A stretch of 64,000 bases of DNA, taken from Porticoccaceae bacterium. GTDB lineage: Bacteria; Pseudomonadota; Gammaproteobacteria; Pseudomonadales; Porticoccaceae. The stretch lies in contig JAYPYO010000003.1 of NCBI GenBank assembly GCA_038135995.1, forward strand, positions 20,854-84,853, given 5' to 3'. Positions within the stretch are counted from its first letter, which is position 1; the number at the start of each line of letters is the position of its first letter. The translations under genes and the position numbers were made by a program. Shown piece by piece: positions 38,394-47,465 of this stretch. A model generated the notes under the pieces. It was given only the letters and a program-made list of their open reading frames with translations, was not told the origin of the DNA and did not search any database.

Positions 38394-41360
38394 ATGATAC
38401 GTAAAACACCATTAGCCTATGCTATTGGCTCGCTTGTGATGGCAAGCAGCTTTTCAGTATTGGCTCAATCTGAAGTTGATAGTGAAACAGTGACAGCTGA
38501 ATCAGGATCTGCATCCGCAAGCCCGCAGGTTCTAGAGGAAGTGATGGTAACAGGGTCTCGTATTGCGCGAGACGTTTTCTCAAGTTCATCGCCAATGGAC
38601 GTTATTGAGATGGAGGTTGCCGATGTACAGGGTATTGGCGATATAGCAACGCTACTGCAGACCACTACTGTGGCTGCCGGTTCACCTCAGGTGACTGCCG
38701 CGTCCTCAACCGCATTTGTTCAAAACGGCGGTACAGGTGCAGCTACACTAAGCCTGCGTGGCCTTGGTGCTAACCGAACTCTGGTACTGCTGAACGGCCG
38801 TCGAGCCGGTCCAGCGGGTGTGCGTGGCGGCGTTTCCTCATTTGACCTCAATGTTCTGCCTTTAAATGCCATCGAGCGTGTGGAGATTCTTAAAGATGGT
38901 GCATCGTCTATTTATGGCTCTGACGCTGTAGCTGGTGTGGTAAACATTATTACCGACAAGTCAGACGGTGGAAGCTTCGATGCCTTTATCTCCCAACCAG
39001 GTGAAGACGGTGGTGAAACCTCTCGGGTCAGCTTTAAATTCGGCGACACCGTAGGCCGCTTGCACTACAGCATGACCGGTGACTACTACAGAGCGGAAGA
39101 ACTAGCCAAAGGCGATCGCGACTACTTTAACTGTGGTGAAGAATATGTATTCGATCCCGCGACCGGCGATCGAGCGGATACTATAGATCCGCGCACAGGT
39201 AAGCCACATTGTACTGACCTGCTCTGGGGCCATGTCTGGATCTATGATTACGATGGCGAAATCCCTTCAAGATCCAAAGCCCAGTATGATTACGATGGTG
39301 ATCTAGGAAACTATATTGATTCCTTTGAAGAGTTCAGCACCATGAACACACCTGCTGGCTGGTATCCGGTTGCCTATGATCGCGACTCCATGGGTGTCAC
39401 CAATGCTGATCACCCATTCCAGGATGAAGCATCATTGATACCAAAAACAGAGCTCACCACCCTTTACGGTGAAGCCAAGTTTGATATTAATGATGACACC
39501 ACTGCCTACGCTGAGCTTTTGTTAAACCGACGAGAGAACTATGTTAATGGCTACCGTCAGTTCTGGTCATACACTTACAACGAGTCAAGCGATTACTTTA
39601 CAGGTAACTCAGCGCCCACTGCGGACGGCTGGACTGGTAATCAGTGGCTGAGCTCGACACCAATAACAGATCAAAACGATAACAAAATCACCGTAGACTA
39701 CTCTCGAGTGGTTGCAGGATTGATGGGTAACTTCTCTGGCGACTGGTCAGACTGGTCCTATGATCTGTCTATCCAGAAGTCGCGCAGCGAAGGCGAGTAC
39801 ATGAGCCAGCAAGTGCTGGATGATGCCATGCGTGGCAACAACTGGCTGGGTGGCCTTTGTGAGGGTACCAAACTAGCCAGTGGAGCAGACTGTATTGACC
39901 TTCCTTGGTTTGATCCTCAATTCCTTGCCGGTAACTTCACCCCAGAGCAAATGGAATATCTCTTTGCCTGGGAAACAGGTGTCACCGAGTATGACCAGGT
40001 GTCAATTGAAGGCTTTGTGACTGGTCCATTAATGGAGCTTCCTGCAGGCACCATGGGCTTTGCAATGGGCTTCCAGACGAAAAAGGATGAGATCATCGAC
40101 ACCCCGGGACAGTTAACCCGAGATGGCCTTGCAGCCTTGACGTCTACAGCTGGTATTACCGCTGGTTCTGACCGCACCAAAGCTGTGTTTGCAGAAGTCG
40201 ACGTGCCGCTTCTCGAAGACATGCCCTTCGTTAGGTCACTCGCACTGAATGCATCTATGCGTTACACCGAAGTTGCCTCCTATGGTTCAGGCGACACCTA
40301 CAAAGTAGGTATCAACTGGGACATTACTGACACGGTCAAACTCCGTGCAAGTAACGGCACCTCCTTCAGAACGCCTTCATTGTATGAGCTGTATCTGGCT
40401 AATCAGACAGCCTCTGCTCGCCAGTCCTCTATCGATCCATGTATTGATTGGGCAGCGGCCATTGAAGACGGTGATATCAGCCAGCGCGTTGCAGATAACT
40501 GCGCGGCTGACGGTGTTGATGGCGATCACTATGCAGCAATCAGTGCGACTACCATCTCCGGTGGTAATGGTGATACTTTGGAAGCCGAAACCTCGAAAAC
40601 CAATACCATTGGATTGGTTTGGAGACCGGAGTTTGCAGATCTAAACATTTCTGTAGACTACTTTGATATCACTGTGAATGATGAGATATCTCAGTTGGGC
40701 GCCGGCTCGATTGTTTTCGGTTGCTACAACTCAGTCAACTTCCCCAACGATCCACTCTGTGATTTGTTTGAGCGTGATCCCGTTGATATGAAAGTTGATA
40801 ACGTCTACGACCAGTACATCAATATTGCAGAGCAAACCAACCGCGGTTGGGACCTCTCTGCTCGGTACACAACCGAAGTCCCCTGGGGTGAGCTGGTGTT
40901 TGACACTCAGCACACTTTCCAGATTGAAGATTCAATCCTAGTACGTGATGGTTCTCCAAATCGCGACTACAACGGCCGCATGGGTGACCCCAAGTGGACT
41001 GGTAGAGCGTCGCTAGAACTGCGCAATAACGATTGGAGCTACTACTGGGGCATGAACTTCATTGGCGATGCATCTGATGTAGACGACTATGGCACAGACG
41101 AAGGTTCTCGTTTCGGTACTCCTGTAAGGTTTGTTCTGGGTGCGGACAGGATTGTTTATCACAACCTGTCAGTATCAAAGGCCTTCCCTGACTCAGGTGT
41201 TCTGGCGAGATTTGGTGTAAATAATGCTCTAGACACCAAGCCACCGCGCCTGACCACATTGAACCTTGGGCAGGTAAACACAGAGGGTAACTCTGCGTTC
41301 TACTCCCAGTACAACTGGAGAGGACGTTCGTTCTTCTTCAATGTTACTAAGGACTTCTAG
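38394..41360 (+). CDS. TonB-dependent receptor (large, about 990 aa)
   Basis: Signal peptide MIRKTPLAYAIG..., LEEVMVTGSR, LRGLGANRTLVLLNGRR, RVEILKDGASSIYGSDAVAGVVNII, terminal KDF. ATG 38394 has a GGAG SD. Confidence 0.93.
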   Translation: MIRKTPLAYAIGSLVMASSFSVLAQSEVDSETVTAESGSASASPQVLEEVMVTGSRIARDVFSSSSPMDVIEMEVADVQGIGDIATLLQTTTVAAGSPQVTAASSTAFVQNGGTGAATLSLRGLGANRTLVLLNGRRAGPAGVRGGVSSFDLNVLPLNAIERVEILKDGASSIYGSDAVAGVVNIITDKSDGGSFDAFISQPGEDGGETSRVSFKFGDTVGRLHYSMTGDYYRAEELAKGDRDYFNCGEEYVFDPATGDRADTIDPRTGKPHCTDLLWGHVWIYDYDGEIPSRSKAQYDYDGDLGNYIDSFEEFSTMNTPAGWYPVAYDRDSMGVTNADHPFQDEASLIPKTELTTLYGEAKFDINDDTTAYAELLLNRRENYVNGYRQFWSYTYNESSDYFTGNSAPTADGWTGNQWLSSTPITDQNDNKITVDYSRVVAGLMGNFSGDWSDWSYDLSIQKSRSEGEYMSQQVLDDAMRGNNWLGGLCEGTKLASGADCIDLPWFDPQFLAGNFTPEQMEYLFAWETGVTEYDQVSIEGFVTGPLMELPAGTMGFAMGFQTKKDEIIDTPGQLTRDGLAALTSTAGITAGSDRTKAVFAEVDVPLLEDMPFVRSLALNASMRYTEVASYGSGDTYKVGINWDITDTVKLRASNGTSFRTPSLYELYLANQTASARQSSIDPCIDWAAAIEDGDISQRVADNCAADGVDGDHYAAISATTISGGNGDTLEAETSKTNTIGLVWRPEFADLNISVDYFDITVNDEISQLGAGSIVFGCYNSVNFPNDPLCDLFERDPVDMKVDNVYDQYINIAEQTNRGWDLSARYTTEVPWGELVFDTQHTFQIEDSILVRDGSPNRDYNGRMGDPKWTGRASLELRNNDWSYYWGMNFIGDASDVDDYGTDEGSRFGTPVRFVLGADRIVYHNLSVSKAFPDSGVLARFGVNNALDTKPPRLTTLNLGQVNTEGNSAFYSQYNWRGRSFFFNVTKDF

Positions 41361-41386
41361 AGTTTCTAGTCGTTCGTCTGCTACAC

Positions 41387-41420
41387 AACTATGCCTCCTT
41401 TCGGAGGCATAGTTTTTTTT
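41387..41420 (+). terminator. Intrinsic terminator after the receptor
   Basis: AACTATGCCTCC-TTTC-GGAGGCATAGTT followed by T6. Confidence 0.85.
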
Positions 41421-41494
41421 AAACGCACATAAATTTCACAGATTGAGTAAACTACAGCTGAAAGATTTGCCCCGCCGCTTCCAGGACTAAAATA

Positions 41495-42286
41495 ATGCCA
41501 ACTATCAATGCCAAACCGGACAACCTCAATTCTCTCAACGGCAACTATCATCACACGCCTCTGACAGAGTCGGTATTCCTAAATTCGGTTCCCAAATCTG
41601 GCACCCACCTGATACGCAATATTATGCGTATGTTTGTCTCGGTCGATCAGCAATACCATGATGCGTTTATTCAGATCCCAATATTACGTCAACACTTGGC
41701 AGCGTTTAGCCCTGACAAATCGAGACTTTCATGGGGCCATCTGCTGTTTTCAGATGACTCCGCGATTGCGTTGCGCAATGTCAATCATATAGTGCTGGTG
41801 CGCGACCCCTATAGCTGGGTGCTCGCCAGGGCACGATTCTTTCTATCAGATACCTTTAAAGGCTCGTTGGAGCACCTGAGAGGGGGCAATGTCGCCATAG
41901 ATGAAGTACTCAATATGATGATTTTGGGCATTCATGGTAAGTCGCCCACGCTCAATGAAATATACACTCACAATGCCGTGGGCTGGCTGGGCACCAAAGC
42001 CAAAATCGTTAAGTATGAAGATCTAGTCAGCAATGTCAGCAACATCGAATCCGACAGCGCAGAGATGTTTTTTAGCGACTTATTCTCAGCCGCCAATATG
42101 GGACCATTGCCAGACGATTGGCGCGAGCGCGTATTGGTGGGATCCGATCGCAAACAGAGCGGTACCGCCAGAGAGAACCTAGCCGGCCTCAATGAGGTTA
42201 TTCCAGATACCCTGCCCGATAAACAAAAACAGATGGTCGACTATGCCGCACCAGGTTTGCGCGCATTGCTGGGTTACGGCGACTGA
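41495..42286 (+). CDS. Sulfotransferase-domain protein
   Basis: FLNSVPKSGTHL (5'-PSB PKSGT), LVRDPYSW (3'-PB-like), IVKYEDLV. Confidence 0.7.
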   Translation: MPTINAKPDNLNSLNGNYHHTPLTESVFLNSVPKSGTHLIRNIMRMFVSVDQQYHDAFIQIPILRQHLAAFSPDKSRLSWGHLLFSDDSAIALRNVNHIVLVRDPYSWVLARARFFLSDTFKGSLEHLRGGNVAIDEVLNMMILGIHGKSPTLNEIYTHNAVGWLGTKAKIVKYEDLVSNVSNIESDSAEMFFSDLFSAANMGPLPDDWRERVLVGSDRKQSGTARENLAGLNEVIPDTLPDKQKQMVDYAAPGLRALLGYGD

Positions 42287-42400
42287 CCCAGCCCCCCTAC
42301 ATTGTCAGCGTTGATAAATGGCAAAACACAGCACAAAGATCACTCCCCTGCCTGACTCCTTAGCATCCACATACCGAGAAACTCTGCAGTTTAGTGTCCC

Positions 42401-42434
42401 AAAAAAAAACCCTGATCCAATCATTGGATCAGGG
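42401..42434 (-). terminator. Minus-strand-oriented intrinsic terminator with no minus-strand gene upstream
   Basis: CCCTGATCCAAT-C-ATTGGATCAGGG hairpin preceded by A9 on the plus strand, which is U9 after the hairpin on the minus strand. Confidence 0.6.
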
Positions 42435-42578
42435 CCTGTTTACTACGGGGAGAGTTTTTATTTCACGAAATTTGCAAGGAATAAACGACTTGCACTAGAT
42501 TTGACAGACCAGAGAGCAAAAGTTCCAATAAATAATATAGATTTTTTCTGCGACTAGAAAAATAATGGAGTAACAGCC

Positions 42579-42977
42579 ATGTCAGTAAAGTTCGACCATC
42601 AATTTAATGCCTCCGCTGACCAGCTGTGGGCTATTCTGGGAACGCCAGATCGTATCGACTGGGTTCCGGGAGCAACTAGCTGTACATTCGATGGCTCAGT
42701 AAGGTCATTGTCGCTGCCTGGCGCTGGAGATATTAAAGAGCGGATTCTCAGCCACAGCGATGAGCTGCGCACCATGGAATATTCTTGCTTTGAAACTCCT
42801 GCTCCATTGCAATCTCACCATTCCAGCATTCAAATTGTCGCTGAGGGGAGCAAGTGTCGCCTGCTGTGGGAAACTTCTGTCACACCCACAGAGATTGAGA
42901 GCTTTATACGGGCAAGCATGGCAGGCTGTATCGAAAAGCTGACTGAAATACTAGATCAGGCAGATCAAGGCGACTAA
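42579..42977 (+). CDS. SRPBCC (polyketide cyclase/dehydrase, START-like) family protein
   Basis: F.ASADQLWAIL....IDWVPG, G.VR.L, IKERIL, R.MEYS, H.SSI.I, CRLLWE; GGAG SD. Confidence 0.82.
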   Translation: MSVKFDHQFNASADQLWAILGTPDRIDWVPGATSCTFDGSVRSLSLPGAGDIKERILSHSDELRTMEYSCFETPAPLQSHHSSIQIVAEGSKCRLLWETSVTPTEIESFIRASMAGCIEKLTEILDQADQGD

Positions 42978-43342
42978 GGCAGGTATCAAGCTAGGAGGTA
43001 TTGCGTGTCTAGTTCGTCACAGTAATTGGAGGCGAAATTAGACTTTGGTGATTAGCATCTTAACCCGGCTACTTCTCTGCCTCTGCTGTCCGATAAAGAC
43101 ATAGTTATGACGGTTTTCGACAGTGCATGCATTATGGCTAGAGTTATGATAGATTTCAGGTGTGGTCGTAGAAATAGCCTGCCTTTTAGGCGCAACTGCG
43201 GCTTAGAGCAAAAAAGCAGTGTAGAAAAGCAACAACGTAACACAATAATAATTAGTACTCTGGTCAGTGTTAAAAAGCACGGCCAATAATTATAAAACGA
43301 CGGCGCAAAGCCGCTAATATAAAATGTTGAGGGGAAACCACG

Positions 43343-45931
43343 ATGAAAACATCATTCCGTACTATGAGTGCACTGGCTTTAGCCATTGCCACTGCTTCTG
43401 GTAGTGCTTATTCAGCACAGCTAGAAGAAGTAATAGTAACAGCGCAGAAACGCGCAGAAAGTATGCAGGACGTTCCTATATCCATGACAGCTGTCTCCGG
43501 AGATAAAATCCAGGAAGCAGGCATTCAAACCATGGGCGAGCTATCGGGCTATGTTCCTAACTTAAGCATTAGCGAAAATGCCGTGAATAGTATTATTACT
43601 ATGCGTGGTATCAGCGTTGGCGCCAACCAATCATTTGAACAATCTGTAGGTATTTTCGTCGATGGTGTTCACTACGGTAAGAGCCGTGAAATCAGAACCG
43701 GTTTGTTTGATCTTGGCCAGGTAGAGGTTTTGCGTGGACCACAGGGCATCCTGTTCGGGAAAAACACCCTAGCTGGCGCGATTAATGTGACATCTGCTTC
43801 CGCTGTTATTGGTGACGAAATGAACGGCAGAGTCAGTGTTGCCGCTGAAAGCTACGACGGTCAAACCGCTGAAGCAGTCATCAATATGCCAGTGTCCGAT
43901 AACATGGCCGTCAGATTGGCTTACAGAGACCGCAGCGATGATGGCTACATGGATAATGGCTTTGCAACCGCCGGGAATGGCGCAACTCCAACCATGCCGT
44001 CAACTGATGAACAAATTTGGCGTCTTTCCGCAACCTGGGAACCCAACGACTCCACTGTAGTGAAGCTTAAGCACTCAGAAAGTGACTTTGTTCGACGCGG
44101 CTCAACTGCAACTTTGGTCCGTTTTCAGCCTGAGGCAAATATAGCGGCATCTAACAGTCTCATGTATGGCGTTATGGGTGCAGTTTTCCCTACATATGGA
44201 GCTTCAGTGGCCGCTGCTGGAACCGGCAATACTGATGGCTTTAGAGACTCTATCAGCATAGGCGGTCTGGCTTTGGCTCAGAGTCTAGGTAGGGACCTCA
44301 ATGAAACAGAAGAGAAACCTGAGGGAACAGACACTCAGACCGCAGCAACATCACTTACTGTTGAATGGGAGTTGGCCAACGGCTACACCCTAACTTCTGT
44401 TACTGGATCGACAGGTTACGAATATGAAGACGGTATTGACGCAGACTTTTTACCTGTAAGCTTTATCGGTCGCAGTGATATTTCTGAGTATGATCAATTT
44501 AGTCAAGAAATTCGACTAGCCTCCCCAACTGATGGCAATTTCTCATGGATAGCAGGTGGCCAGATGCAATCAGCGGAGCAAGTAATTGATCGAACTGTAA
44601 TTTTTGATGGCACCGTGGGTCAACCAGGGCTGCTAGCCGCATTAACTGGCTGCAGAACGTTTTTGGCCATACCTGGTGGTGGCTGTGTTAATGGAGTAAC
44701 TGCTTTTGATAAGTCGGGCCGAGTGTCTACTTGGAAGACCGAAACAGACTCATTTGCGGTATTCCTCCAGGGTACTTATGACATTACTGACACCCTGAGC
44801 TTGACTGCTGGTGTTCGTTACACCGAAGAAGAAAAAGATGCGTATACGAAAGTAGACATCGTTCAGGATGCGGCTTTGGTGGATGGAGTTATGGTTAACG
44901 ACATTAGGAATCTTGCTACTCCTGATTCCAACCCATACAACGCTGCTCTCAATGGAGCCACCTTCGATTCATACGCTCACGAATTTGACGAAGATCGCAA
45001 GACAGACCAGCTAATGCCTGCCTTGAGTCTTGAGTGGGAAATGTCCGATACCAGTATGTTTTACATCAGCTATTCAGAGGGCTTCAAGAGCGGCGGCTTC
45101 AATGCTGTTGATAGCCAGATGCCAGCCTTTGATGCGGCGACAGGGGCTCCAATCTATGACGAGCCTGGTCTAGGTTTTGAATATGATGACGAGACAGCTG
45201 AGTCAATAGAATTTGGTGGTAAGCATACGCTGATGGATGGCGCCATGACTGTGAACTGGGCCATGTTCACAAGTGAGTATGTCGATCAGCAGGTTTCTAC
45301 TTTCGTAGGTCTGGGCTTCGTGGTGGCGAATGCTGCTAGCTCCGATGTTAAAGGAATGGAAGTCGATATGCAGTGGCAAGCTAGCGACAATCTCCGTTTT
45401 GGCGCGAACCTTGCGATACTTGACGCAGAGTATGGAAACTTTACCGCTGCTGGTTGTACTGCACAGCAAGACTCTGCGCTTTTGGGCTTGGGCACTTTGA
45501 CATCAGCCTCACCTGTAACATCGGCAATGGGCTGTTCCGCTCAGTTTAACGCGGCAGGCGCCAAAAGCGGTCAATCGCAGGATCTATCTGGCAGCGAATT
45601 TGGTGCCGGCCACTCAGGTTCTTTGACGGCTGACTACGCACGACCTCTGTCTAATGGTTTAGTCATGTTTGCTTCTGCAGACTACAACTTTACTGATGAC
45701 TTCAAGATGACTGGAGACCACGATCCTCTCGACGTCCAAGAGGCATATGGCAAGGTTAATCTGCGTTTCGGTATCCGTGCCGAGAACTGGGACTTCCTGA
45801 TCTATGGAAAGAACGTAACTGACAAGCAAACCGCTCAGGGAGCGTTCGATATTCCTCTTGCAAGCGGCTCGCATGGTCGATACCAGGACCAAGGCGAATT
45901 GTGGGGAGGTCGCTTTACTTACAGATTCTAA
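43343..45931 (+). CDS. TonB-dependent receptor
   Basis: Signal peptide, LEEVIVTAQKR, VEVLRGPQGILFGKNT.AGAINV, terminal FTYRF. Confidence 0.93.
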   Translation: MKTSFRTMSALALAIATASGSAYSAQLEEVIVTAQKRAESMQDVPISMTAVSGDKIQEAGIQTMGELSGYVPNLSISENAVNSIITMRGISVGANQSFEQSVGIFVDGVHYGKSREIRTGLFDLGQVEVLRGPQGILFGKNTLAGAINVTSASAVIGDEMNGRVSVAAESYDGQTAEAVINMPVSDNMAVRLAYRDRSDDGYMDNGFATAGNGATPTMPSTDEQIWRLSATWEPNDSTVVKLKHSESDFVRRGSTATLVRFQPEANIAASNSLMYGVMGAVFPTYGASVAAAGTGNTDGFRDSISIGGLALAQSLGRDLNETEEKPEGTDTQTAATSLTVEWELANGYTLTSVTGSTGYEYEDGIDADFLPVSFIGRSDISEYDQFSQEIRLASPTDGNFSWIAGGQMQSAEQVIDRTVIFDGTVGQPGLLAALTGCRTFLAIPGGGCVNGVTAFDKSGRVSTWKTETDSFAVFLQGTYDITDTLSLTAGVRYTEEEKDAYTKVDIVQDAALVDGVMVNDIRNLATPDSNPYNAALNGATFDSYAHEFDEDRKTDQLMPALSLEWEMSDTSMFYISYSEGFKSGGFNAVDSQMPAFDAATGAPIYDEPGLGFEYDDETAESIEFGGKHTLMDGAMTVNWAMFTSEYVDQQVSTFVGLGFVVANAASSDVKGMEVDMQWQASDNLRFGANLAILDAEYGNFTAAGCTAQQDSALLGLGTLTSASPVTSAMGCSAQFNAAGAKSGQSQDLSGSEFGAGHSGSLTADYARPLSNGLVMFASADYNFTDDFKMTGDHDPLDVQEAYGKVNLRFGIRAENWDFLIYGKNVTDKQTAQGAFDIPLASGSHGRYQDQGELWGGRFTYRF

Positions 45932-45948
45932 ATCCCTGTAGGTTGACC

Positions 45949-45980
45949 AAAAAAGGACGGGCACTGCCCGTCCTTTTTTT
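45949..45980 (+). terminator. Bidirectional-type intrinsic terminator
   Basis: AAAAAAGGACGGGCA-C-TGCCCGTCCTTTTTT-T. Confidence 0.85.
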
Positions 45981-46131
45981 ATGCCCTGACTTTTGTTTTT
46001 GCGCTCTGGCCACACCACAGAACTGTCGGCTTTTGCAACAGCCTTGACCGCTTGCGACAGTGCAACCATAACAAATTAGGTTATGATAAATCCGCTCTAT
46101 CATAACTATAAGAATACTGAGACAGGTCAAC

Positions 46132-46989
46132 ATGAGTCCAAGCAACCAACAGCCCGCTGCCATAGGCTTCTGCCGTGCCCTGCTGGCTTGCTGTGGTTTG
46201 GCATTGGCTCTGTTTGGTGATTTATGGCATGACTCCCAGTTGGTTAATCCAAATAAGACCAGCACAGTCGCTGTAGTGAATCAACGGCCCATAATTTATA
46301 CCGATGCAGACATTAGTTCCCGGCGGCTCTGGCGGCTCGATTTCAAACAACTCAGTGCTGCGCAACAACAATCCGTAATACAGATATTGATTGACGAAGA
46401 GTTGCTGTTACAGCGGGCCGAGAGTTTAGATTTGCTATCCACCGACCCCGGCCTGCGCAAGGCGGCAGTGGCCGCCGCAATTGATTTAGTGGTTACAGAT
46501 TATCTTGCTCAGCCCTACACCGAGCAAGAGTTGCAGGAGTTTTATCAGGACCAGAGCGCGATTTTCGAAACTTCTGAAAAACTGGCCGTTGATGGACTCC
46601 TGATCGCGCAATCTGTGGCCATGGACAGAATTGAGGGCCTGCTGGACTCGGGGCACAGCCTCGATGATATTGCCCAGCGCGTGGACAGTCAGTATTTACT
46701 ACCGAGATCGTTGATGCCAGTCCACAGACTACAGAGCCAACTTGGTTCCACTACTGCGGCAATGGTGCTAGGGCTGCAGCAGGGTGAACTGAGTGCACCG
46801 TTGCACAGGCCTGAGGGCCTGGTTATCTTCCAGGTAACCCGAAAACAGCCATCACAGTTGCCTGACTACCAGAGTATTCGAGAATCGGTGGTCAGCGAAT
46901 ACCAGCGCCGTGGTCGCGAACAGGCACTGCAACGCAAGTTGTCTCAACTGCGGCAGAGTGCTGATATCAGCATTGCTGGAGGCCAGTAA
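46132..46989 (+). CDS. Membrane-anchored PpiC/PrsA-like foldase (SurA-N plus degenerate rotamase domain)
   Basis: N-terminal TM, VAVVNQRPI, LIDEELLLQRA, ELQEFY, GELSAPL....G..IF, LSQLRQSADI. Confidence 0.7.
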   Translation: MSPSNQQPAAIGFCRALLACCGLALALFGDLWHDSQLVNPNKTSTVAVVNQRPIIYTDADISSRRLWRLDFKQLSAAQQQSVIQILIDEELLLQRAESLDLLSTDPGLRKAAVAAAIDLVVTDYLAQPYTEQELQEFYQDQSAIFETSEKLAVDGLLIAQSVAMDRIEGLLDSGHSLDDIAQRVDSQYLLPRSLMPVHRLQSQLGSTTAAMVLGLQQGELSAPLHRPEGLVIFQVTRKQPSQLPDYQSIRESVVSEYQRRGREQALQRKLSQLRQSADISIAGGQ

Positions 46990-47465
46990 TGCCCAGTTCG
47001 AAGTTGACCCTACGCTCTCCTTTAAGCCTACTGATAATAGCAGCGTTTTTGGGCAGCACACTGGGCCTGATGGAGAGCACCGGCTCAGCGACGGACACCA
47101 ATATAAGCCTCAATGTTCCCATACAGTATGCTGCTGAGATCAACAACGTTCCTATCCTTTACAGAGACTATCAAAGAGCCCTCAGCCTATTTGCCGAGGG
47201 TAAGCGGGGTAAGTTGAGTACCAAGGATCGCGAGTTGGTACTGGAACGGCTGATTCAGGAGGAACTGCTAGTTCAACAGGCCGTGTCTGCAGATCTTATG
47301 CGCTCTGATCCCAGGCTTCGCGGAGCTGTACTGCAATCTATGCTAGCGGGCCTGGATATTGAATCCCGCTCAAAGCTTGCTACTGGAGAGGCCAATGATG
47401 GCTTGGAGGCCTATCTCAAGCAGTTGCGCAGGAGTGCCAGTATCCAACGGGAGCCACTGCAATGA
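46989..47465 (+). CDS. Short SurA-N-like foldase paralog lacking the rotamase domain
   Basis: AAEINNVPI, LERLIQEELLVQQA, SDPRLR, YLKQLRRSASI parallel the upstream protein. Translationally coupled (TAATG). Confidence 0.6.
   Translation: MPSSKLTLRSPLSLLIIAAFLGSTLGLMESTGSATDTNISLNVPIQYAAEINNVPILYRDYQRALSLFAEGKRGKLSTKDRELVLERLIQEELLVQQAVSADLMRSDPRLRGAVLQSMLAGLDIESRSKLATGEANDGLEAYLKQLRRSASIQREPLQ

Noticed and set aside
42318-42557. 79-aa ORF between the sulfotransferase and SRPBCC genes
   Set aside because: No motif or clear SD, and it runs through a terminator hairpin and a poly-A tract.
43191-43313. Fragments resembling riboswitch motifs (CGCAACTG; CGGC-GCAAA-GCCG) before the third receptor
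   Set aside because: The other conserved elements of cobalamin or c-di-GMP-I riboswitches are missing. An Rfam scan would settle it.
32084-46000. Possible genomic island integrated at the tRNA-Val/Asp locus
   Set aside because: There is no integrase or transposase, and I saw no duplicated tRNA 3' end by eye. The downstream genes are ordinary accessory metabolism.
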